Below, piece after piece: positions 10,683 to 25,029 of a stretch of DNA of 64,000 bases; the first letter of the stretch is position 1, and every line of letters starts with the position of its first letter. The notes below the pieces were generated by a model, which was not told where the DNA came from, did not search any database, and saw nothing but the letters and a program-made list of their open reading frames with translations. This DNA is from Eledone cirrhosa (Eukaryota), in NCBI GenBank assembly GCA_964016885.1, contig OZ024756.1:9486001-9550000 (forward strand). The letters run 5' to 3'. The position numbers were made by a program, and so were the translations under genes.

Positions 10683-11691
10683 AAAGGGTAAAGACCCCCT
10701 CGGCTACGAATGACCATGGGATTTGTACCTAGAAGGTTTTCCGGGCAAAATTGTTTGTGGAAGACCAGCAGTCAGCCATACATTCCAGTCTCCCCTCTCC
10801 ACACCACTGATGTTGTCCAAGGGAAAGGTAATGGCTGATACAACTTGGCACCAGTGACATCACAACATATACTATATATATACTTTATATATATCATATA
10901 TACACTGTGTTTAGTATATATTATACACTATATATGATGTCCAAGGGAAAAGCAATGGCTGATACAACTTGGCACCAGTGACATCACAACATATACTATA
11001 TATATACTTTATATATATCATATATACACTGTGTATAGTATATATTATACACTATATATGATGTTGTCCAAGGGAAAGGCAATGGCTGATACAACTTGGC
11101 ACCAGTGACATCACAACATATACTATATATATACTTTATATATATCATATATACACTGTGTTTAGTATATATTATACACTATATATGATGTCCAAGGGAA
11201 AAGCAATGGCTGATACAGCTTGGCACCAGTGACATCACAACATATACTATATATATACTTTATATATATCATATATACACTGTGTATAGTATATATTATA
11301 CACTATATATGATGTTGTCCAAGGGAAAGGCAATGGCTTATACAGCTTGGCACCAGTGACGTCTCAACTCATATATACATAATATACAGTACATATACAC
11401 TATATAAACCTTATATACATACTATTACAGTATATATACACTATATATACCTTATATATACACTATTATAATATATATACACTATATGTGATGATGTCCA
11501 AGGGAAAGGCAATGGCCGATACAGCTTGACACCAGTGATGTCACAACTCATTTCAACAGCTGAGTGAACTGGAGCAACGTGAAATAAAATGTCTTGCTGA
11601 AGGACATAACGCATCTCCCGGTCCGAGAATCGAACTCACTACTTTCCGATTGCAAGCCCAATGCTCTAACCACCAAGACATGCGCCTTCAC
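10683..11691 (-). mobile_element. tRNA-derived SINE family B (CORE/V-like central domain) with internal tandem expansion
   Basis: Minus-strand head gtgaaggcgcatgtcttggtggttagagc...gagttcgattctcgg, then gtccttcagcaagacattttatttcacgttgctccagttcactcagctg. The tail continues to ~10683. Confidence 0.8.
10809..11548. repeat. ~125 bp minisatellite built from a SINE segment, 6 units
   Basis: gatg(tt g)tccaagggaaa..caatggctgatacaacttggcaccagtgacatcacaac plus a TA-rich spacer, repeated. Confidence 0.9.
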
Positions 11692-12036
11692 ACACGTATA
11701 TATATATGTATACAAAGTCGTCACGGACTCATATATACACTCGTGTTCACGCAAACGCGCAATGAATCTCTTATACAATCATAAATAGCAAGGCATGGTA
11801 TGGTCCCTTAACTGTTGAGGGAATCGTTGGGGCGCCATATTGATACACAGCATTTCTAGGGATTTATTCTAAACCTGGCAGAGCCCCTCTCCAGGTCTGA
11901 ATACAGCAAATTTCTTCCCGAGAGAGGCAGAATCGACCACAGTAATAATCTGGTACTTATTTTTATCGACCTTCAAGCGTTAAACTAATATATTCCTTCC
12001 ATATACTAAACCGGTTACGTTGTTATTTCTGTTTAC

Positions 12037-12085
<49 letters not shown>

Positions 12086-12231
12086 TTTTGTCTGTTATTT
12101 CCTCATATTTTGTAATTTGATAAATAGCTCTGATTATTGAGTTATTTTAATTATTTTGAATATCTTAGCTCTCTCGGTCATCGAGCAAAACTTGTTAAGG
12201 CGGACACCACACACACACACACACCACACAC

Positions 12232-12312
<81 letters not shown>

Positions 12313-12336
12313 ATATGTGTGTGCATTTCATTATTA

Positions 12337-12427
12337 TTGCCTTTCATCCTTACGGGGTCGATAAAATAAAGTACCAGTAATGTAATGGGTAATTGCTGGC
12401 CTTGTGCCAAAAGTAGAAACAATTATT
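12337..12427 (+). mobile_element. SINE family A, 3' half
   Basis: ttgcctttcatccttacggggtcgat...gtagaaacaattat. Confidence 0.85.
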
Positions 12428-12670
12428 ATATTTCCCAAACTCCCTTATGGTCAAGTTAACCCTGGAGTGTATTAACTGCTTTTTCTAGCAAATACGTTAT
12501 TCGCTCACTGTTTACCTTACTACTCTTCTGTGACCAATGTATCATGTTTATTTCTCTCCTCGCCCCTCGAGAAATTCTCTCTGGCTACGAAAGAAATACT
12601 CCTTTATTTACCCCTATATCACGTGTTAATTTCTCCCTCCGCCTCGAGAGATTTTTTCACTTCTTTCTGA

Positions 12671-12767
12671 GGGGTCTCTTGATAAGCCGTACCAACCTCA
12701 CAGCGATGATGCATTTCTATAGTGCAGAAATTTGCGTACGGATCGGCGAAACTGCAGTCGGGACTTT
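12671..12767 (+). ncRNA. Type I hammerhead ribozyme, U3:A8 variant (family H5)
   Basis: ggggtctc-TTGATAA-GCCG...CGGC-GAAA-CTGCAG-TC-gggacttt. All three stems pair; GUC cleavage triplet; palindromic stem III. Confidence 0.75.
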
Positions 12768-12805
12768 GAATGAAAAATAGGTATATTTTTGTCTATTATT
12801 TCCTC

Positions 12806-12850
<45 letters not shown>

Positions 12851-13547
12851 CTTGAATGTTTGCAGGGAACTCGGGAATGTGATTGTTATTGGTTGAGATG
12901 CGAGGCAAGTCAAAGGTTAAAATGTAGGATAACAAACAACGAAAATGTAATTTTGTGCGACGATTGTATGATTGTATACTTACGCGTATTAAATCTTATT
13001 CTACATAAAAACAAACATACATGCATGCATACACACGCTGGTTGTATATATGTTTAGCGTGTGTATATGCGTCTATATAGGTGATTAAACATCCCTGGTA
13101 ACTTCTGTGAGTCCGTTGTAATACAGTAAACCATTGTATATATTAAACATGTATCACAGAAAAACAAGAATCAGTAATTTTACAACTGTGTTCCTATTGA
13201 GAATCTGGTGTTAACGCAACAGTTGTAACCTTTATTTAGTTCTCTACTTGCAGAGTTGTGGCTAACATCATAAAATATGTAGAAGCTGCAGTAATAAATA
13301 TAGAAATATTTGTGTAAATACATCGTTGTATAGAATCTAGTATAGAGAGAACAATAAAATCTAAAGAAATCTAAAGATTAATATATCAGTGAAATAATAA
13401 AATTAGGAAGACTTGTGGTAGAGTCAATCTTAAATTAGTTGTCCCTTGGAGAGGTTTAGCCAAATATTATTGTGTAATAACTATCAACACTAGAGCAGAG
13501 AAACTATATCATAAAATATAGCAATCAATAGACAGTATTTACAAATT

Positions 13548-15128
<1,581 letters not shown>

Positions 15129-15341
15129 TAAGAAACAAATGGTTTTCTAATTATAAAATAGCCCTGGATATGTTCAATTGGAAGTGAGGAGAAGGTGGAG
15201 GCGGTAAGAGACTGTACACAGCAGTCTAGGTGGGATGTCAGAGTTTCACCCCCTCGGATAAAATAGCGAAGGTATTGCCACAGATATCAGAAAACAGCAG
15301 CCATTGCATCACAGATTCTACCTCATGAGGAGGCCTTGCTA

Positions 15342-16736
15342 GTGATGGTGGGGGTGGAGGTGGTGGTGGTGTGATGGTGGTGTGGTGGTGGTGGTGGTGG
15401 TGTGGTGGTGGTGGTGGTGGTGGTGTGGTGGTGGTGGTGGTGGTGTGGTGGTGGTGGTGTGGTGGTGGTGGTGGTGGTGTGGTGGTGGTGGTGGTGGTGG
15501 TGTGGTGGTGGTGATGGTGGTGGTGATGGTGGTGGTGGTGGTGGTGGTGGTGGTAGTGTGGTGGTGGTGGTGGTGGTGGTGGTGGTAGTGGTGGTGGTGT
15601 GGTGGTGGTGTGGTGGTGTAGTGGTGGTGGTGATGGTGGTGTGGTGGTGGTGATGGTGGTGGTGGTGATGGTGGTGGTGGTGCGGTGGTGATGGTGGTGG
15701 TGATGTGGTGGTGGTGGTGGTGTGGTGGTGGTGGTGTGGTGGTGGTGATGGTGGTGTGGTGGTGGTGATGGTGGTGTGGTGGTGATGGTGGTGTGGTGGT
15801 GGTGGTGGTGTGGTGGTGGTGATGGTGGTGTGGTGATGGTGGTGTGGTGGTGTGGTGGTGGTGTGGTGGTGGTGGTGGTGTGGTGGTGGTGATGGTGGTG
15901 TGGTGGTGTGGTGGTGGTAGTAGTGGTGGTGGTGTTGTGGTAGTGGTGATGGTGGTGTTGGTGGTGATGGTGTTGTTGGTGGTGATGGTGTTGTTGGTGG
16001 TGATGGTGTAGTTGTTGTTGTTAGTGGTGGCGGAGGTTGTGGTGGTGGTGGTGTGGTGGTGGTGGTGATGGTGGTGGTGGTGGTGGTGGTGGTGGTGTGG
16101 TGGTGGTGGTGGTGGTGGTGGTGGTGGTGGTGGGGTGGTGGTGGTGGTGTGATGGTGGTGTGGTGGTGGTGTGGTGGTGGTGATGGTGGTGGTGATGGTG
16201 GTGGTGGTGGTGGTGGTGTGGTGGTGGTGGTGGTGTGGTGGTGGTGTAGTGGTGGTGGTGGTGGTTGTGGTGGTGGTGGTGGTGGTGGTGGTGGTGTGGT
16301 GGTGGTGTGGTGGCGTAGTGGTGGTGGTGGTGTGGTGGTGGTGATGGTGGTGTGGTGGTGGTGATGGTGGTGGTGGTGATGGTGGTGGTGGTGTGGTGGT
16401 GATGGTGGTGGTGGTGTAGTGGTGGTGGTGGTGAGGTGGTGGTGGTGTGGTGGTGGTGATGGTGGTGTGGTGGTGGTGATGGTGGTGTGGTGGTGATGGT
16501 GGTGTGGTGGTGGTGGTGGTGGTGTGGTGGTGGTGATGGTGGTGTGGTGGTGTGGTGGTGGTGTGGTGGTGGTGGTGTGGTGGTGGTGATGGTGGTGTGG
16601 TGGTGGTGGTGGTGTTGTGGTAGTGGTGATGGTGGTGTTGGTGGTGATGGTGTTGTTGGTGGTGATGGTGTTGTTGTTGTTGTTCGTGGTGGTGGAGGTG
16701 GTGGTGGTGGTGGTGGTGGTGGTGGTGGTGGTGGTG
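15342..16736. repeat. ~1.4 kb degenerate (GGT)n trinucleotide array
   Basis: GGT/GAT/GT units, with internal duplicated blocks (15930-16020 vs 16610-16690). Confidence 0.95.
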
Positions 16737-16850
16737 CAATTTGGGATGGAAATAATTACCGTGACAGAGTGAAGCAGGCAGAGTGTCTGAGTATGGCGCT
16801 GTGGTTAGGGAGACAGGTTCACTGATTCTCAGAGTTATTATATTTACAGC

Positions 16851-17021
16851 CGGTAGAGTGTCGGACGCCATGCTTTCCAGCACAGTTACGTCCCTTTACG
16901 ATCTGAGTTCAAATCCCGCCGAGGTTGACTTTGTCTTTCATCCTTACGGGGGTCAATAAAATAAAGTACCAGTAATGCACTGGCGTAATTGCTGGCCTTG
17001 TGCCTAAAGTAGAAACAATTA
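16851..17021 (+). mobile_element. SINE family A, slightly 5'-truncated
   Basis: B-box and core present. TSD attatatttacagc at 16837-16850 and 17018-17031. Confidence 0.9.
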
Positions 17022-17380
17022 TATTTACAGCAGGGGTAGGTGGAAGAGGTCGGGGTAAGGGGACAGAAGGCCATATGTTTGATTGGAGGTAAAATGAGGA
17101 CGGAACAGAGAGAGAGGGAGATAGGAGAGAGAGTGAGGGAGAGGAAGGGAGAGAGAGAGAGAGAGAGAGAGAGAGGAAGGGAGAGAGAGCGAGAGAGAGA
17201 GGGAGAGAAAAGAAAGAAAAAAGAAAGAGAAAGGAAGCATCTGTCCAAAGATGTCATCGCGGTACAGTCTACCTATAGGCAGGATGTCGTGGCCAAAACA
17301 CTGCGACGCAATCCGTAGAAAAGATACATACATACACTGTCTGTGTGTGGGTAAGAGAAAGAGAGACACGGCAAGGGGTA

Positions 17381-17433
<53 letters not shown>

Positions 17434-17494
17434 GTGTGAATGAGAGAGAGAGAGTGAATGCGAGAGGGTGATATTTACATTTACAACCCAAAAG

Positions 17495-18272
17495 ATAATG
17501 GTTTCTGATTTAGGCACAAGGCCAGCAATTTTCGATGAGGGGAAAGTTGATTAAGGCGACCTCAGTACATTACTGGTACTTTATTTTATCGACCCCGTAA
17601 GGATGAAAGGCAAAGTTAACCTCGGCGGGATTTGAACTCAGATCATACAGGGAGGTAACTCTATGCGTCAAAGCATGGCGTCCGCCCCTCTACCGATACT
17701 GCCAATCCCCTGCTTATAATAATTGTTTCTACTTTAGGCACAAGCCCAGCAATTACCCCAGTGCATTACTGGTACTTTATTCTATCGACCCCGCAAGGAT
17801 GAAAGGCAAAGTTAACCTCGGCGGGATTTGAACTCAGATCATACAGGGAGGTAACTCTACCCTGCTTATAATAATTGTTTCTACTTTAGGCACAAGGCCA
17901 GCAATTACCCAGTTCATTACTGGTACTTTATTTTATCGACCCCGTAAGGATGAAAGGCAAAGTCAACCTCGGCGGGATTTGAACTCAGATCGTAAAGGGA
18001 CGTAACTATGCTGGAAAGCATGGCGTCCGACCCTCCACCGATACTGCCAATCCACCCCTGCTTATAATAATGAGAGCGCGGTGGATTGGCCGTATCAGTA
18101 GAGGGTCGGACGCGATGCTTTGAAGCATAGAGTTACGGCCCTTTATGATCTGAGTTCAAATCCTGCCGAGGTTAACTTTGCCTTTCATCCTTACGGGGTC
18201 GATAAAATAAAGTACCAGTAATGCACTGGGATAATTGCTGGCCTTGTGCCAATAGTAGAAACAATTATAATA
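17495..18272. mobile_element. Cluster of four family A SINEs (three minus, one plus)
   Basis: Copies at ~17495-17708(-), 17717-17858(-), 17869-18056(-) and 18076-18270(+), with shared target duplications. Confidence 0.9.
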
Positions 18273-18360
18273 ATGAGATATACATAAATAGTTAGAATAT
18301 AAAACTGAATAGATTTGTAAATCTATTGCTCTTGCATCACAAGTATATATATATATATAT

Positions 18361-18698
18361 ATATACGATATTAACAAATGGAAACTATATTTATAAAACC
18401 ATATTTATTTCATTATACATATTTCAAGGATACCAAGTTAAATTATGGTATGCCTTCATCAGACAAAATACAATATATACCAGTTTTATAAATACTATCC
18501 TGATGTTTTATAGATACTATCCTGATGTCTTCCAAAACTAAGGGTCGCATTTTGAAAGGGTACGTCAATGTTAAAACTGGTATATATTGTATTTTGTCTG
18601 ATGAAGGCATACCATAATTTAACTTGCTTTCCTTGAAATATGTATAATGAAATAAATATGGTTTTATAAATATAGTTTCCATTTGTTAATATCGTATA
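18361..18698. mobile_element. Inverted pair (~127 bp arms) of an HHR-bearing element (family H6)
   Basis: 18361-18487 is the reverse complement of 18573-18698. The + arm has attttgt-CTGATGA-agg...cctt-GAAA-tatgta-TA-atgaaat (18591-18653). Confidence 0.7.
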
Positions 18699-18780
18699 TC
18701 TACTCCAAATACTTGTCGAGTGCTTTATATCAGTTATAAAATATTTACTTGTTGTATCCCAACAATTTAAATAGAACTTT

Positions 18781-18822
<42 letters not shown>

Positions 18823-18862
18823 AATGAAGTAATTCCGCCGGAAAGGTCCAGGAAAAAAGAGT

Positions 18863-19396
<534 letters not shown>

Positions 19397-19599
19397 TGTA
19401 TATACATGTATGAATGTATATACATATTTATACCTACATATGTATATATATATATACACACATATATGTGTGTGTGTGCCAGTTAACTTGATTATATAAA
19501 TAAGCTATTCTATAATTCAATATTCCACACAATGTTTACCATAATTACGAAGAAAGCAAAGCCAAAATATTGTAATGTATATATATATATATATACTCT

Positions 19600-19632
<33 letters not shown>

Positions 19633-19648
19633 AGAGTATATATATACT

Positions 19649-19721
<73 letters not shown>

Positions 19722-19746
19722 TCATATATATATATACACACGCATA

Positions 19747-19793
<47 letters not shown>

Positions 19794-19812
19794 TCATATA
19801 TATAAATATATA

Positions 19813-19883
<71 letters not shown>

Positions 19884-19959
19884 GTAGTATGTTTGTATGT
19901 ATGTTATGTATGTAATTATATATATAAAGTATGTATCTATGTATATATGTATGTATGTA

Positions 19960-20035
<76 letters not shown>

Positions 20036-20292
20036 CTATGATTTCTGCTCCCGAAATAAAGAAAATGAATCGAATAAAGATGAATAATTGATTAACTGGT
20101 TGACAGCAGTAAGAATATATTGATTTTTGGTTCGTACCAGAAGATGGTTGGCTATCGATGATTTGATTCTTCAACTCATTTCGATGCCAGACTCTGATGG
20201 GCCTTCGTCTGTGTCGACGACGAGCACTCCAGCTAGTTCGTTCAACGGAACAGTCTGTATGTGGATATAACGTGAACGTGAAATTGGTTGAA

Positions 20293-20532
20293 CATGCCAC
20301 AGACACGTCTGTTACTCTTTATGTAGTTCTCAGGGAGATTCATCTTGCCATAATATTGTGAGGTGACAAAGGTGGTTCATTGAATTTTACAGGTATATCT
20401 TATGTCAGTTGGGTGGACTGGTGGAGTCAGGTGAGTGTCTTCCTTGCTCAAGGATACATCGTGTCGCCGGGAATGAAACCCACAACTTCTCCGTGATGAA
20501 CCGAATACTCTAACATTTAAACTACGATGCCA
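20293..20532 (-). mobile_element. Diverged tRNA-derived SINE related to family B
   Basis: gggtggactgg...ccttgctcaaggatacatcg...ccgggaatgaaacccacaac...ctctaac resembles 11560-11675. Confidence 0.55.
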
Positions 20533-20543
20533 GTTGAGGTTAA

Positions 20544-20623
<80 letters not shown>

Positions 20624-20628
20624 ACACA

Positions 20629-20722
<94 letters not shown>

Positions 20723-20723
<1 letters not shown>

Positions 20724-21561
20724 GTAGGAGGTGAGTTTTATTGTAGTACAATAAAGCAATGCAGATATCGGATAAGAAGCACTCTACAGTTTGTAGGACT
20801 GGAGTATAAATAATATATAAGATCAAAAGATGGTTAAAAGAGTTCCATGTATTTTATTATGCGCATTTCAAAAACAAATATCATCATACAATAACATTTG
20901 TGTTTTCATCAGATAAAATAGGAAGACATGATATGAAGGTTAATTTGATGTTGATTTAAAACTGCACTATTCACAAGTGTTTTTTAACCTTCATATCATG
21001 TCTTCCTATTTTATCTGATGAAAACACAAATGTTATTGCATGATGATATTTGTTTTTGAAATGCGCATAATAAAATACATGGAACTCTTTTAACCATCTT
21101 TTGATCTTATATATATATATATACATATATGTAGGAGGTGAGTTTTATTGTAGTACAATAAAGCAATGCAGATATCGGATAAGAAGCACTCTACAGTTGT
21201 AGGACTGGAGTATACATAATATATAAGATCAAAAGATGGTTAAAGGAGTTCCATGTATTTTATTATGCGCATTTCAAAAACAAACATCATCATGCAATAA
21301 TATTTGTGTTTTCATCAGATAAAACAGGAGAACATGATATGAAGGCTAAAAAACACTTGTGGATAGTGCAGTTTTGAATCAACATATGATTTAAAATCAA
21401 CATGTTGATTTAAAACTGCACTATCCACAAGTGTTTTTTAGCCTTCATATCATGTTCTCCTGTTTTATCTGATGAAAACACAAATATTATTGCATGATGA
21501 TGTTTGTTTTTGAAATGCGCATAATAAAATACACGGAACTCCTTTAACCATCTTTTGATCT

Positions 21562-21570
<9 letters not shown>
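20723..21570. mobile_element. Four pLTR-end fragments of the 814-3715 PLE, arranged as two consecutive palindromes (-,+,-,+)
   Basis: Each matches part of 3460-3715. H1 HHRs at 21007-21077(+) and 21462-21532(+), with antisense copies at ~20850-20920 and ~21255-21325. Confidence 0.85.
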
Positions 21571-21596
<26 letters not shown>

Positions 21597-21599
<3 letters not shown>

Positions 21600-21833
21600 A
21601 AATGAGGTCGTTTTTCCAAAATGAAAAAAAAAACGAGATGTCCTACACGAGTGAAAGTATAAGGTAAACAGATGAAATCAAAAATGCAACTGGAGTATTT
21701 TTAAGAATATTTATTTGTTTCCTTTAACGGTTTCACAGTTCTTATGCTTTTCAAAAGTAGAATTGTAAAGGAAACAAATAAATATTCTTAAAAAGACTCC
21801 AGTTGCATTTTCCATTTCATCTTTTTACCTTAT
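21597..21833 (-). mobile_element. Diverged family H2 element with partial inverted copy
   Basis: cctacacgagtgaaagtataa...cctttaacggtttcacag...gcttttcaaaag, followed by a + strand copy starting taaaggaaacaaataaa. Confidence 0.7.
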
Positions 21834-22004
21834 GAAATACTGTTGGCTTCACGCTCACAATAATTTCTATACTTTCATTTATATATATATATATATATAG
21901 AGAGAGAGATTTTGAGTATATATTGGTTGTATACCAACACCTCAGAATGCAGGCTGGAGCACTCGACGAAGTGCGCAGGTTGATTTGGTTACTCCGGAGT
22001 AATG

Positions 22005-22107
22005 TAAAATAAAGTTAAATAAAAAGTCAAATGTTTAAAATTTAAAATTTAGCTTCATTTATAATAAACGAAGCTAAATTTTAAACATTTGACTTTTTAT
22101 TTAACTT

Positions 22108-22114
<7 letters not shown>
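22005..22114. repeat. AT-rich foldback (~50 bp arms)
   Basis: taaaataaagttaaataaaaagtcaaatgtttaaaattt..agcttc pairs with gaagctaaattttaaacatttgactttttatttaactttatttta. Confidence 0.75.
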
Positions 22115-22180
<66 letters not shown>

Positions 22181-22994
22181 ATCCACTGACATGAATTCTG
22201 AACACGTGCACACGCCTAGGTCACATTAAGGTCAACTGCAGGAATCGGTGATAAATTATAAAACAGTGTGATGTTCAATGACCTGGAAGTTGGCCTACCA
22301 TAAGATTAGTCCGAAGAATGAAACCCAAATCATATGTTGACGAATATTCGTACTCCCGGCATGTTAATTGTAACATGTCGTCTTTGAGAGTAGAGTTTAT
22401 TTTGTCGATATTTCGAGGTGTTGGATCGTGGGAAGATTAACACAAATTAAGACGCAACTTCTCCCCCATTATTGACACTTTGCAACAGTGAACGTTACAA
22501 GGTCCTCTTTAGGGCCAACACTTCTGATTGTTTATCCGATTTATTATGATGTGTTTTCTCGAGTTATGCCTACTTATAGGGGGAAAACGGGAGGGTTTTA
22601 TTGAATTGTTTCATTCATTCGAAGGGCTTTAGTAACAGTGATATACAAGGTTGCTTGAATAATACCTGAATATGTTCACTCGGTTATAATGTCTTCAATA
22701 ATTGCGATGACTTCCTCAATTGTTCTGTGTTTGTTCTTGGGTAGTAAGTTTGCTATTCTTATACATAAGTTTGTTGAATAAGTTCGATAATCTTCGAGCT
22801 CAAATTTCCCCGGCTTATTCACTCTGAATGAAGAAAGCTGGATGGAAGGACTTATGACTTAAACAGCTATTGATAGTTCCACACAAAAAATTGATCTGCT
22901 ATAAACACATCTAGCATAGGTTGCTATTAAAAATCTAGTATGGGCACCCAGCGTCGCTAGCATTTTCAGGTGCACTCTGGGAACTGCGAATAAC

Positions 22995-23031
22995 CCTACC
23001 TTTCCCGGGTATTACCGGGTACTGCAGCTAG
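22995..23031 (+). mobile_element. Helitron-like 3' terminus (5' end not located)
   Basis: cccgggtattaccggg hairpin, ~9 nt spacer, CTAG|T, followed by (TA)n. Confidence 0.5.
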
Positions 23032-23144
23032 TATATATATATATACCCAGGCAGTGTAACTTGGAGCTACTGTAGGTTCAGCCGAGTGAGCACTCGATGT
23101 TTAGGTTGACTTCTGTGTCGAGGTGTAGAGCTAGACAGAGTGTA

Positions 23145-23329
23145 GTATAGTGAAATAAAATAACAATCATTTTCCCATTAACATTACAAGGGGACTGATG
23201 AGCCGTGGATTACAGAGTCGGGTCAGATCAATACAGATCGAACCTTGAGCTGATCAGTGGCGAAACGCGCGTCACCAACCAATAAACGTAATGAAGGAGT
23301 AACCAATCGTCCTTGTTATTTTATTTCAC

Positions 23330-23333
<4 letters not shown>
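23145..23333 (+). mobile_element. Short element with inverted ends and HHR motif (family H7)
   Basis: gtatagtgaaataaaataacaa pairs with ttgttattttatttcactatac. CTGATGA-GCCG...TGGC-GAAA-CGCGCG-TC at 23195-23273, then AATAAA; stem I is weak. Confidence 0.65.
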
Positions 23334-23399
<66 letters not shown>

Positions 23400-23468
23400 C
23401 TTACAGTAAACATTGTTGCAATTCAATTCAAGCACTACTTTTTCCACATAGGAATGACGGAGTATATT

Positions 23469-23979
23469 TAGAATAAGAAAATGCGAAGTAGTTTCAGATG
23501 TTAAAGTCCTTTATTGATAAGGCTGAGATACATATTTCAATGAGGACAGTTGCCACACGACAGGGAACGGGGGAAGGATCCAAGAAAACCCGCTTTGTCC
23601 GTTCTCTTGTCGATTCAATTTGGATTGCTTCGGGAACGTAACCTTATGTAAGAAGCTGTCTGATGAGATCACGGCACTGGGTACTACGGAATCGTGTGGC
23701 CACTGTCGTCATTGAAATATGTATCACAGCATTATCAATAAAGCGGTGGATTGGCAGTATCGGTAGTGGGTTGGACGCCATGCTTTGACGTATAGAGTTA
23801 CGGCCCTTGCTATTCTGAGTTCAAATCCCTCCGAGGTTAACTTTTCCTTTCATCCTTACGGGGTCGATAAAATAAAGTACCAGTAATGTACTGGGTTATT
23901 GCTGGCCTTGTGCCTAAAGTAGAAACAATTATCAACAAAGGACTTTAACATCTGAAACTACTTCACATTTTCTTATTCT
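23469..23979 (+). mobile_element. Family H3 element with inverted 5' copy, interrupted by a SINE
   Basis: 23469-23560 is the reverse complement of 23692-23742 joined to 23930-23979. HHR gctgt-CTGATGA-gat...att-GAAA-tatgta-TC-acagc at 23655-23730. Confidence 0.75.
23743..23932 (+). mobile_element. Full-length SINE family A
   Basis: A-box, B-box and core present. TSD attatcaa(t/c)aaag. Confidence 0.9.
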
Positions 23980-24036
23980 CTCTCTCTCTCCCTCTCTCTC
24001 TCTCCCTCTCTCTCTCTCCCTCTCTCTCTCTCCCTC

Positions 24037-24134
<98 letters not shown>

Positions 24135-24372
24135 ACGAAGGAAATGTGGTAAGGAACCAGGTGGACCATAACGCACCAAAGTACTCAATACTTAGGGTAG
24201 TAGAGTGGGTAATAGGAACTCGTTCCTATATATATATATATATAAATGAAAATAGGTAAACGGAAATAACAACACAGTCGGTACAGTATATGATATAAAT
24301 ATAAATTTAATATAGAAATTGTTTCTACATGACTAGAACTGTTTCACTCGTATGAAATCATCAGGAAAGCCT

Positions 24373-24735
24373 TGTCCTCTATATAAGGTATATGTATGTA
24401 AGTGTATGTATATGTCCTCTACATAAGGTATATATATGTAAGTGTATGTATATGTCCTCTACATAAGGTATATATATGTAAGTGTATGTATATGTCCTCT
24501 ACATAAGGTATATATATGTAAGTGTATGTATATGTCCTCTACATAAGGTATATGTATGTAAGTGTATGTATATGTCCTCTACATAAGGTATATATATGTA
24601 AGTGTATGTATATGTCCTCTACATAAGGTATATATATGTAAGTGTATGTATATGTCCTCTACATAAGGTATATATATGTAAGTGTATGTATATGTCCTCT
24701 ACATAAGGTATATATATGTAAGTGTATGTATATAT
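24373..24735. repeat. 40 bp minisatellite, ~9 copies
   Basis: Unit gtcctctacataaggtatatatatgtaagtgtatgtatat. Confidence 0.95.
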
Positions 24736-24866
24736 AAGAGTATATCGATGTAAGTGTATGTGTATGTAAGTGTATATCTATGGTTTCCTCTATATTCTAA
24801 GGTTAATGGCTAAGAAGCCACAGTTCTCTTTCGTGAAGTTATTTCTCAAGACATAAGTGGCAAATG

Positions 24867-24869
<3 letters not shown>

Positions 24870-24899
<30 letters not shown>

Positions 24900-25029
24900 C
24901 TTCTTCTTCTTCTTCTTCTTTGCCTTCTTCTTCTTCTTCTTTTTCTTTGTTTTCTTCTTCTTCTTCTTCTTCTTCTTCTTCTTCTTCTTCTTCTTCTTCT
25001 TCTTCTTCTTCTTCTTCTTCTTCTTCTTC
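24870..25029. repeat. (TTC)n microsatellite
   Basis: Direct run. Confidence 0.95.

Noticed and set aside
10809-11548. CRISPR-like repeat/spacer appearance (also 24373-24735 and 9134-9756)
   Set aside because: The spacers are near-identical rather than unique, there are no cas genes, and the context is eukaryotic.
11600-11691. tRNA-like sequence (also heads at 8560-8650, 18076-18170, 23743-23835 and 16790-16830)
   Set aside because: A/B boxes belong to SINE heads continuing into SINE bodies; no complete cloverleaf.
15160-15340. Unique, moderately GC-rich stretch as a possible exon (also 13230-13320)
   Set aside because: Only short open frames with no recognisable protein motif and no supported splice pair.
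15339-16883. 514 aa His/Thr/Pro-rich ORF
   Set aside because: Translation of (ACC)n with frame slips; its start lies inside a SINE.
20165-20225. Possible minus-strand HHR (CAGACGA...GAAA)
   Set aside because: Core is mutated and no convincing stem I or stem III pairing.
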